A DNA stretch of 64,000 nucleotides, taken from contig OX597816.1 in the NCBI GenBank assembly GCA_951406725.2, positions 56,978,001 to 57,042,000 of the forward strand, in the 5' to 3' direction. The position numbers and the translations under genes are program-made. The DNA comes from Octopus vulgaris. Taxonomy: Eukaryota. Positions 53,552 through 64,000 of the stretch are shown in pieces (positions within the stretch are counted from its first letter, which is position 1; every line of letters starts with the position of its first letter). The notes below the pieces were generated by a model that did no database searches, had not been told where the DNA came from, and was given only the letters and a program-made list of their open reading frames with translations.

Positions 53552-55411
53552 AGCGTGTCTGCATACGCGGACGACGTCACCGTCATAGTGTCTAGCCACG
53601 AGCACATCGAGCAGGTCGGCGAGACACTGAAAAACTACGAAGCGGTGACAGGAGCGAAAATCAACCGGGAAAAGTCAGTGGGCTTGCGACTAGGCACCTG
53701 GAGAAGCAAGCCCATGCCGTCCACCAGCGCCTCCGTCGTGGGACGCTGGACTGACCGCCTGGTTGAGTTGCTCGGGGTCTGGTTTGGTCCGGACCTCCAA
53801 GTGGAGAAGAACTGGAACGAGATAACGAGTAGGGTGGTCACTCTCGCCCGGCAATGGGCCGAGAGGAAACTGTCCCTAAAAGGTCGGGCGGAGGTGGCGA
53901 ACATGTACATCGCGTTCGTCATCTACTACCGCCTGACCGTCGTACCTTGTCCCGACCCTACCATCACCAAACTACAACGCATTCTCTTTCGCTTCTTGTG
54001 GAAAGGATGCGTCCCGATGGTCAGGCGATCCATTTACTGTCAACACCCGTTAAAAGGAGGGCTGGGCATGCCGTGGTTGATGATGCGCAGACACGCGCTG
54101 AGACTGCGACATCTCTGGCTCTATGTAGACGACGGTGAACAGGTGTGGTCGCCGTTTGTGAGGCACGCATTCCCGCAACTCGTCTCCATGACCGAACTGC
54201 AGTCGTGGATCAAAAAGAGGCCGAGGAAGGGCGATTGGCACCGCGAGTGTCGCGTTGCTCTCAAGCAACTCTGCCGTCCCGGGTCGACCTTGAGTGACTT
54301 CAACACAACCAAAGCATTCTATAGGGGATTAGGGGAGGTACGACGACGAGCTCGGGGCGAACCTGGACATCGACGAGGAGTACCTGACCCGCCTGTTCAG
54401 GACGACTTTCGGGCCAGGGCCCATGGACAACTTCCAGAGATCCCTGGCCTGGCAGTGCTACCGAGAAGCGCTACCCGTTCGGGATAAGCTCTACAGACAC
54501 GGCTCGAGAAACACGGGGCCGACCTGCCCGAGATGCGGTCAGAGCGACGAAACCGTTCTGCACGCACTCGTGCAGTGTCCAACAATTTCCGACCTGTGGG
54601 CTTATGTCGAACAACTGCTGTCACGTGTGGGACGAGTTGGTTTATCAGCTGAGTCTATCGTCAATATTGTCACGCCTCCTTCCTTCAAACGGGAAGGAAG
54701 AGCTATTTTCATCATCCTTGTGGCTATGGCGAAAGAATGTATCTGGTGGACGCGTCTGAAAGGATTGAGACAAACACTTTCCTCTCTGGTCAATCTCTCA
54801 TCAACTTCTTCAAGTACCACTTGAAAAGGAAAGTGAGAGTAGAGAGGCAAGTTTTGTCTAGCGAATGTTTTAAAAAAAGATGGGTGAATGTAGCAAGGAT
54901 GGCACGTATGAATGACGAAGCCACCTTGAGCATAATCCTATGAACCCAGAAATTGAAAACAGAGGGTTACCCACTTGCAAACAAATGTGGTAACATATAA
55001 CAATATTGACCAAGGTTACCGTGGTCTTTTTCGTAGGCTTTTCTTCCCACGGATAAACCTTACTTGCTTTCCCCTTTACACCATATATCATAACACTGTG
55101 ATACACGATCCCTATTGATCGTTTTTTTTTCTTTTCCTCTTCCCCTTTTTTCCCCTTTTTTCTTCTTTTTTCATTTCTCTTTCCTTTTGTTCCTTTTCCT
55201 TTTCTTTTTTTTTTCTTTTTATACTTTTTATTTTATTCAATTTTTTTTTTGTTTTTGTTCTTTTCTTCCCTTTTACGATCCCTCTTGATCGAAAACCTAC
55301 GCCACCCCTTTTTTTTCTTTTGTTTTTTTGTTCTCTTCATCTCCCAAAAGAAAAGATCTACCTTGTAACTTGTTCGATCTGTGTGCAGCCCTGTGTGGCC
55401 AATAAAGAAAC
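53552..55411 (+). mobile_element. 5'-truncated Tx1/L1-clade LINE inserted in (TATC)n
   Basis: VSAYADDVTV..GAKINREKS..LSLKGRA..GGLGMP..CPRCGQSDETVLHALVQC; two frameshifts; T-rich 3' UTR and aataaa followed by (TATC)n. Confidence 0.92.
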
Positions 55412-55484
<73 letters not shown>

Positions 55485-55493
55485 CATCCATCC

Positions 55494-55532
<39 letters not shown>

Positions 55533-55541
55533 CATCCATCC

Positions 55542-55603
<62 letters not shown>

Positions 55604-55913
55604 TTCTCTGTCGAACCAAAATGCAAATATATGGGGAACTACCACCTGTGTCACCTCTTGTGAAAGGTAGGAGAGTCCAGTTTGCTGGACATTGTTGTAG
55701 AGCTGAAAACGAGGCAATTTCTACTCTTCTTCTCTGGAAGCCATCTACTCGCAATACCAGAGGGCGCACACACTCATACCCTGATGTAATCTCCAGGGAT
55801 ACAGGCATCCAGCAACAGGACCTCCGTAATGCTATGATGGACCGTGAAGTCTGGCGTAGCATGGTAAATTCCATTGTCTCGACCACGATCGAACAATGAT
55901 GATGATGATGATG
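55604..55913 (+). mobile_element. RTE-group LINE 3' end with (GAT)n tail
   Basis: [28 protein letters not shown], then (tga)n. Confidence 0.8.
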
Positions 55914-56130
55914 TCTATCTATCTGTCTATCTATTCATACATCTATCTATGCATCGATCTTTCCAATCATCCATCCATTTATACATGATTCTAACCAATC
56001 AATTCTCCTCTTTCTACGCCTATCTGTAGAACTGTCCATCTAGTTCTACTTATATAGATCTGTCTATGCATATTTTTCTCTCTCTCTCACTCTTATCCTG
56101 GGACGCTCTTAATGTCTATTTATTATTCAC

Positions 56131-56203
56131 GGACATATGGCATAGGGGTTAAGAGCGCGGGCAACTAACTCCAAGATTCCGAGTTCGATTCCAAGCAGTG
56201 ACT

Positions 56204-56240
<37 letters not shown>

Positions 56241-56273
56241 CAACAACAACAACAACAACAGCAAGAACAACAA

Positions 56274-56313
<40 letters not shown>

Positions 56314-56555
56314 AACAATAACAATAACAATAACAATAATAATAATAACAACAACAACAACAACAACAACAACAAAAACAACATCGAAAACTTACCTTAG
56401 GAATGAGAACCCAGGTTCGAAATTTCCCCAAAACACCTGATGAAGGCTGGAGGGTATATCAGCTGAAACGTTGTGTTAACAACAAACAAGATGAGGACAA
56501 ATGTCTGTCAAATGTAAACACTGTAAATAATTCCTCATCTCTTAAATATAGATCT
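56131..56555 (+). mobile_element. tRNA-headed SINE-like element with internal (AAT/AAC)n and a hammerhead ribozyme
   Basis: A-box-like tggcatagggg at 56138, B-box gagttcgattcc at 56181, microsatellite 56206-56382, hammerhead 56432-56477. Confidence 0.7.
56432..56477 (+). ncRNA. Minimal type-I hammerhead ribozyme, intact core
   Basis: aacac-CTGATGA-a-GGCTG gagggtatat CAGCT-GAAA-CG-TT-gtgtt. Confidence 0.78.
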
Positions 56556-56879
56556 GTAGGTAAAGAATTGCATAAATAATTTCGGTATCTATGGGAATGT
56601 ACATGAATTTTTCTGTTCTTTCGTTTTCTAGAAAAACCTTTGTTTTTGAAGGAGAAAATTTTCATTATTTTTTGGCGAATATCTTCTCCTTTCACCTTCT
56701 CATTGTCTTTGATAAACCAGCAGACAATGAAACAGCAGGAAGCCATTCCAGAGTCTTGTTGTTGCGTTTTACTCGTTATTGTACATATTCTTATATTCTA
56801 TATAGGTTTTACATCTGAATTATTTATTCTCACTTGACATTTAAACTGGAAGACTTGAAGCAAAACAGGAAAAAAACAT

Positions 56880-57093
56880 TATTTTCTACTCTAGGCTTAA
56901 AGCCCGAAATTTTCGGGGAGGGGACCAGTCGATTAGATCGACCCCAGTACCCAACTGGTACTTTATCGACCACCGAAAGGATCAAAAGCAAAGTCGACCT
57001 CGGCAGAAATCGAACTAAGAACATAAAGACAGACGAAATACTGCTAAGCATTTCGTCCGGCGTGCTAACGTTTCTGCCAGCTCGTCGCCTTAA
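56880..57093 (-). mobile_element. SINE family B
   Basis: Matches family B. Confidence 0.88.
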
Positions 57094-57755
57094 AAAGGAA
57101 GAAACATTGAGACGATACTGGCAAAGGATCAGAGAAGAATAAATTCAGAAAATATGAGAAAGTTTAAAACGAAATCCACGGATAAGAAGAAGAAATATCA
57201 TTAAGTAGTAATCTACAGAAAAAGTAGTGTATCGAAAAGAAAATTTCGCAGAAAGAGCCAGGGAACATGGATGGTGGTGAACGGAGTGACTATATGTGAA
57301 TGCATCGAGAGAAAAAGTATGAAGAAAGCAAGAGGAACGAAGAATATTGGCGAGAATATCAGGAGGACTTTGAGAAAACAATCAAACGAGAAAACATCAA
57401 GCAAATAAGAGTTGCTGAGTACTGGCCTACACACCTGTCAATGGTCTGAGTCTCACACAGGGATCTCTTGCTCCTTATTGTTCTCTGTTCACTTCTGCGT
57501 TCTAAAACCTCTCTCGTATTCTTTGCCCCCTCCTTTCCTTCAATCAAGCAGACACATTGCAAGATGGAGAAGAAAGCAGGAACAAGAAATGCGATGGACG
57601 TATTGATCCTAAGATTTTTTTTCGAAGAACATCAAGGAAATTTAATCAAGACTTAAGTGTATAGTTGGCGTTCGGTCCTATTTGTGTACATGTGTGTGCA
57701 TGTGAGTGTGTTTGTGTGCCTGTGTGTTTCTATACGCGACGTGTGTTTCAAACAG

Positions 57756-57815
<60 letters not shown>

Positions 57816-57818
<3 letters not shown>

Positions 57819-58019
57819 ATTTTATAATTATATAAATACTTATAACAAGGGGTCAGCTTTTATGCTTCGCCATGTACTGAATTAGAAAGTCTTTTTTACT
57901 ACCATAAAACCTCCGAGATTTTATGGTAGAAAAAATGACTTTGGCGTCTATTTCTAATTCAGTACGTGGCGAAGAATATTGTTATTTGTTATAATTATAT
58001 ATATAATTATAAAATTTAC
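57816..58019. repeat. Fold-back palindrome of a PLE pseudo-LTR terminus next to (TA)n
   Basis: ttcgccatgtactgaattagaaa..ctaccataaaa|cctccgaga|ttttatggtag..tttctaattcagtacgtggcgaa. Confidence 0.8.
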
Positions 58020-58618
58020 CTAAAAGGTTTTTCATTTCCGTACTGGCTACCTGGTAAAATTATTGCTGATTTTACCCTACATTATTAATATATATATATA
58101 TATATATATCTTTATTTAAAACAGCTTCATTCGGCTCCATGAGATTTAAAGTTTCGAAGGCTTCACACAGAAACACGGCTTGTTCAAACACAAATTACCG
58201 AATAATTTAATTCGAAACGAGCCGGATTTCTGTTACAAGCCTGCAAAACTTTAAGTCGCAAGAAGCCGAATCCATCTATTTTAAATGATTATATGTAACT
58301 CCAGATATATATGTTGAATGTCCTATTCTTTCATTTGTCCACCCACACGTATGCACACACATATGTGTATGTGTGTGTGTGTGTGTCTATACACACGTAT
58401 ATATACATATATGTATATGTTTGTGTATGCATATATATATGTATATACATATATATACACATATATATGTGTGTGTAAATATGTACCTGTGCATATATAT
58501 ATATATATATATGTAAATATATATATATGTATTAGTATGTATGTATATATATATATATATATATATATACATACATATACATATATATATATGTATATAT
58601 ACATTTATAAATATACAT

Positions 58619-58653
<35 letters not shown>

Positions 58654-58714
58654 CATATATATATATGTATATATACATTTATAAATATACATACACACAC
58701 ACACACACACACAC

Positions 58715-58774
<60 letters not shown>

Positions 58775-59306
58775 AATGCTGCTTTGAAAATCTAAATGTC
58801 GGATCAGTTGTCAGTAAAGTAGACACATTCGTCTCTATTTGTGGCGAAACAGATCAAACAGGCGGTGACTGTTTTCTTTTTTTTTCTTTTTCTTATTTTT
58901 TAGAGATGAATGTCCGAATTTTAGGAGACAGTTGACAAATTATGTTCGGAATTCGGGTTTGACATTCCTGTTGTTATTTGTTAAAGGAGTCAACCGTTAC
59001 GTAATCGGGTGATTGAGCAAATACAGCGAGAAAGCTTGCCTGACTTGTCCTATTAAACAAATCCAACTCCACAATTAAATGCTTTGTGATTCACTTCAAT
59101 ATCGTATTGAGTTTCTTAATCTGAGAGGTTTGACGATGCATGGGATGGTATAAGTTACTTCAGTCCTCCAGCTCTGCTGTTACTAAATCTACTAACCATT
59201 ATTAAGTTTCCTCTGATCCTGTACTTATCTCATTGATTCTACCTCGAGAGTGACCTACAAATATTTACCTTTAATGAATGAATACATATATGGGTGTATG
59301 TTAAGT

Positions 59307-59341
<35 letters not shown>

Positions 59342-59624
59342 CGTATGTGTATGCACTGCGTCTATGAAGATATCTTACTTCATGTATCAATGAACCTGAG
59401 AGTAAGAATGTGGCCCACACCATATTTTCACGACTGTGAACAATGGAGTCTTCGATTCAATCACATTTCACGGCAGTGGCGCAGCAATCTGGTAAAATAG
59501 CGCCCTGAGTGGGATTGGATGAACGAAAACTGTTCGGAATCCCGACTTATATATACATGTGTGTGTTTATATACCTGTATATCTATATAATCGTGTGTGT
59601 GTGTTGGTCTAAACGTGTATACGC

Positions 59625-59890
59625 ACGTGAATGCAAGTATATGCACGAGAAGTCAACCATAACAAAACATACAAATCTGCACGTATACATACACACACAC
59701 ACACACACATACATACATACATACATACATACATACATACATACATACATACATACATACATACATACATACATGCAAAAATACCTTGTTATTGTTGTTG
59801 AAATTCCGATGAAGGAACCTTGGATCTAGGTTAGAAACCAGCTCTTTCTTTCTTGCCAAGAAATCTTGAAATAAAACTGAATAATGACAA
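59625..59890 (+). mobile_element. R4/Dong-like 3' UTR copy with internal (TACA)n
   Basis: Matches 61290-61380 and 62623-62730. Confidence 0.8.
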
Positions 59891-59945
59891 ACATACATAT
59901 ATGCATACATACATACATACATACATACATACATACATACATACA

Positions 59946-59975
<30 letters not shown>

Positions 59976-59976
<1 letters not shown>

Positions 59977-62730
59977 CTTACAATGGCGCCTATAAAAAAA
60001 CACGTGTCACTAAAGAATATTACAGCCAAATAAAGAAAATTTGTATCTCGGAACTCTCTGCTTTCAATCAGTGATCCACATTGTTTGCTGTGCCAGTACT
60101 CATACCAACATTTGGGCTGCTTAATTGGACGCTTGATGAGACCTGAGCCATTAATGTGAAAATCCGGAAGATACTAACAAGTACACACAATTCCCACATC
60201 AACAGTGATATAAACCGCCTCTACCTAAAACGAAAGAAGAGGCTTAACATGAATCCAGACTGCCTTTAAATGTCGTATCATATCCCTTCGGCAACATCTT
60301 TTAACCACCAAATGTCGAAGTACATCCCTTGACCAAGTTTTCATACATGAGACTGATAACATTATAAGACTTGGAGGGCAGCCCCTTGAGCAGAGTTCCT
60401 TGTCTGATAACTTTAAATATACAACCCCAAAGAAGTTGCACGACTCAGCCGCAACATATCATCAGATGAAAGGATGAGCGTATATGAGCAGAATACGATG
60501 CATGGATATGTTATTAGAACGCACCAAGATGATAGTAACTTTGATCATCAAAGCAGTCTATCATGGACCAACAACCGGATTAAGACCTCCCATTTTAAAG
60601 GATATGCGTTTACAGTCCAGGAACAGGAATTATCAACCAAACACCTCTTGCACAAAAGGGACAAATATGGAGGAGAAGCAGTAAAATTTTACAACCAATG
60701 GAGATTTTGTGGAGTTAACAGCGAAGATATCACCCACACATTAAGCAGTTGTCCGAAAATGTCATCACTGTATTATCTACCGATGAGACAGGATGTTGTA
60801 GCTAGGACGCTCTATAATGAAATCCGTCGGAATCCCAAGGACAAAGAAATAAGAACCCATAGTATGGTAGAGGTCACAGTAATTCATAATAAAAAGGAGT
60901 ACTGGCAGAATGTACCAATGTAAACCTCAATAAAATGTAAACACAACAGGCCTGATATAAGGATTTAAGATAGAGAATAGAAACTGTGCACAGTTGTGGA
61001 AATTAGCTGCCCCATGGATGTTTACATAAAGCTGAAGATCAGTGAAAAAGAGAATACCTACGCTGAACTATTGAGACATCTTCAGTTACTCTATCCAGGT
61101 TACAAATTCAGGTTTATACCTGTAATTATTGGGGCCCTGGAATATGTGGAACCTTGCCTAAATACCAATCTTGCGAAATTAGGCTTCTCAAAACCAGAAA
61201 GGAGAAAGCTAATTCGAAGACTACAGAACCAATCCATTACTGGAACTGTAAAAATCTGTAAAATTTTCCAGAAGTTTATTATTTAAATATATATGAGCAT
61301 CTCTAGATATGCAACTATATGCATGAGAATACATACATAAAACAAGCAAATCTGCACATAGATACATACATACTACATACATTATGACTGCCCCCTCGTT
61401 ATCGAGTATGGCCATTGCACGAAGCTTAACTGTTATTGGTGCTGTGATCGAATGTGACTTTTTAGCCCAGCTAAAGATCTACAATGTCTTGTACAGAATT
61501 GGCAACTAAAACCTTTACAGGTAGTAACCGGCTGTAGTTGTAACTGGGCTTCATGTACCTTTGCATGTCCTCCTGCCGAATTACACTCTTTTCCACATGC
61601 CTGACAGATATGATTAGTATGGTGTGTTACACCACCACCAGTGGCCAGGTTGTCACTCATCTGTCTCGCTTCATGACTACGAAGATGACTCTTGAGTTCA
61701 GCTTTACTGAGGCAGGGTCTTGCACAGACACTGCATGTCAGTATCATAGGAAGACCCTTCCCATCTGGAAGTGTAACAGTGATGCCCGTCCTGACATTGC
61801 TCCTTACTTTCTCATGTGCAACTCGAGATTTCTCAAAAGTGGCTGTCTCCTCGTGCACAATCCTTCTCCACCTGCTATGATCAATAGCTATGCCCTCCCA
61901 TGTGTCAGGAGAGATGCAAGCATCTCCTTAAGGAAGCCTTCAGCAAGTCCTTATACCTCTTTTTGGTTTATGTGGATGTCGTTCTCATTTAGCTAACTCT
62001 CCATAAAAGAGTTGTTTTGGCATCCTTGAATCCTTCATCCTGACCACTCCATCTGAGCCTTTGCTTTAACACAAGAGCTTCTATGCTTTCACACCAAGAG
62101 CCTTCCAATATTTCAAGATCACTGATGCGGTCCTTACACTTAATGCCATAGATCCCTCTGAGACACATCTGATAGAAACGTTCCAGTTGTTTAAGGTGGT
62201 ATCGATATGTGACCCACGTCTCTCAGGCATAGAGAAGAGAAGGGAGCACACATGCCTTGTACACCTTTATCTTTGTCTTTCTGCATATGTCTCGCCGACT
62301 CTAGAGGTGTTTTTCTAGCCTTCCGAAAGCAATACTTGCTTTCCTAATTCTATAAGGAATTTCATCATCCAAATTGCTATACCTATTAATAGTGCTTCCC
62401 AGGTAGACAAACTGATCAACTGCATCAAGCCGTTCACCATACACAAAGATACATACATACATACATACATACATACATACATACATACATACATACATGC
62501 ATGCATGCATACATACATACATACATACATACATACATACATACATACATGCATGCATGCATACATACATACATACATACATACATACATACATACATAC
62601 ATACATACATACATACATACATAACCTGTTGTTGATGTTAAAATTCCAATGAAGGAACCTTGGATCGAGGTTAGGAATTGGCTCTTTCTCTATTGGCAAG
62701 AAATCTTGAAATAAAACTGAATAATGACCA
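59976..62730 (+). mobile_element. 5'-truncated R4/Dong-like non-LTR retrotransposon (RT C-terminus, CCHC, RLE), with its 3' UTR interrupted by an RTE
   Basis: SELSAFN, DINRLYLKR, QEQE, (C)RFCG..EDITHTLSSC, KHNRPDI..VEISCP, PVIIGAL; stops and frameshifts; ORF ends at 61286. Confidence 0.85.
61383..62445 (-). mobile_element. RTE LINE 3' fragment with C-terminal C2H2 zinc fingers
   Basis: VDQFVYLGSTI..LDDEI.YRI.KAS.AFGRL, ETWVTY..LERFYQ.CLR, then three CxxC..H motifs. Confidence 0.88.
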
Positions 62731-62949
62731 TACATACATATATACATGCATACATATTATCCTTCATCAAAAATACTATGGACAGTAACTTCGAAGCTTA
62801 AGCCAGTTAAAGCATCGTTGGACTACAATCTTCTGTAACATCAATAAATTTGTATTCTTCAAATGTATAGTACGCACACACATATGCACTCACACACACA
62901 CTCACACACACACACTCATATACCCATACACACATACACATATGTATGT

Positions 62950-63035
62950 ATGTGATTGTTCAGTTTTATTTCAAGATTTCTTGCTAACAGAGAAAGAGCC
63001 GGTTTCTAACCTAGATCCATGGTTCCTTCATTTCA
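62950..63035 (-). mobile_element. R4/Dong-like extreme 3' end next to (TATG)n
   Basis: Reverse complement of the 3' terminal sequence. Confidence 0.75.
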
Positions 63036-63084
63036 AAATAAACAAGGGCGTATATATATATATATATATGTATGTATGTGTCTA

Positions 63085-63320
63085 TCTATGCGTATATGTG
63101 TATTTGTGTCTGTGTTTGTCCCCAATCGTCGCTTGACAACCGGTGTTGGTGAGTTTGCGTCCCTGTAATTTAGCGGATCAGCAAAAGAGACCGACTGAAT
63201 AAGAACTAGGCTTTAAAAAGCCATAGTACTGGGACTGATTCATTCGAGTAAAAATATTCTTCAATGCGGAGCCCCTGCATGGCCACAGTCTGAGTGAAAC
63301 ATGTAAAAGATGAAAGATTA
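63085..63320 (+). mobile_element. SINE A tail half
   Basis: Matches the family A tail. Confidence 0.8.
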
Positions 63321-63746
63321 ATTATTGCGAAAAAAATTAGGTCAGTTGCTCCACCGATTCTGGCATGGTGATGATTTTTGAAAACTAAATACAGAGTGCA
63401 GTTCTGACAAAAAACGCGACAGCAGTCACAGAAAAGAATCTGTTGAAAAGGGTTGGACATATTTACAATTGAGTTGGGGGGGGGGGCAAGGAATTATATA
63501 ACAAGTCTGTGGATATAATAAACAGAAAATGAGATTGTTAATTAGAGTATTATTGGGAGAAAGGTCAGGAGGGGAAGGTAACAGAATATCTGTCAACGAT
63601 ATTGTATGAATGGGACAAAGATGAGGGTTAGAGAAACTTCTGATACGCAAAACAATGGCTCTTTAGAGGAAAAATTCCAGGAAACAAAAATATTTCATTC
63701 TCCACCCTTGGTTTTTTAGTACATCAGGAAACAGGGGTAGATATGT

Positions 63747-63780
<34 letters not shown>

Positions 63781-64000
63781 CTCTTCTCTTTATCTATCTA
63801 TCTATCTTCGTTTCTGCCGCTCTAAAACACACCTCTTATGCTTCACACACACACATACACACAGACAGACAAACACACACACACACACACGCACACGCAA
63901 GTATGTATATACAATTTTATTCATATTTAAGTGAATACGAGAGAGTGTGTGTGTGTATGTGTGTATGTGTGTATGTGTGTATGTATGCATATGTATGCAT

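Noticed and set aside
61433-61858. Host C2H2 zinc-finger gene
   Set aside because: It is contiguous with RTE ORF2 motifs and an RTE-like 3' end.

Overview
AT-rich, extremely microsatellite-dense eukaryotic DNA ((TA)n, (CA)n, (TACA)n, (GATA)n). The repeat landscape suggests a coleoid cephalopod such as octopus; this is an inference from pattern recognition, not a database result. No intact host protein-coding gene is recognisable, and nearly all long ORFs in the track are microsatellite translations. The window is a mosaic of mobile elements: three tRNA-headed SINE families, CR1/L2-type, RTE, Tx1/L1 and R4/Dong-like (RLE) LINE relics, a near full-length mariner, and many Penelope-like element (PLE) pieces (RT, GIY-YIG, pseudo-LTRs). 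The most notable hidden layer is a set of about ten minimal type-I hammerhead ribozyme motifs with palindromic helix III. One sits inside a tRNA-headed SINE-like element (56131-56555) and one family carries a compensatory U3-A8 core. PLE-derived fold-back palindromes recur across the window, and several retroelement families each appear tied to a different microsatellite motif. All family assignments come from manual motif reading, and repeat boundaries are approximate.
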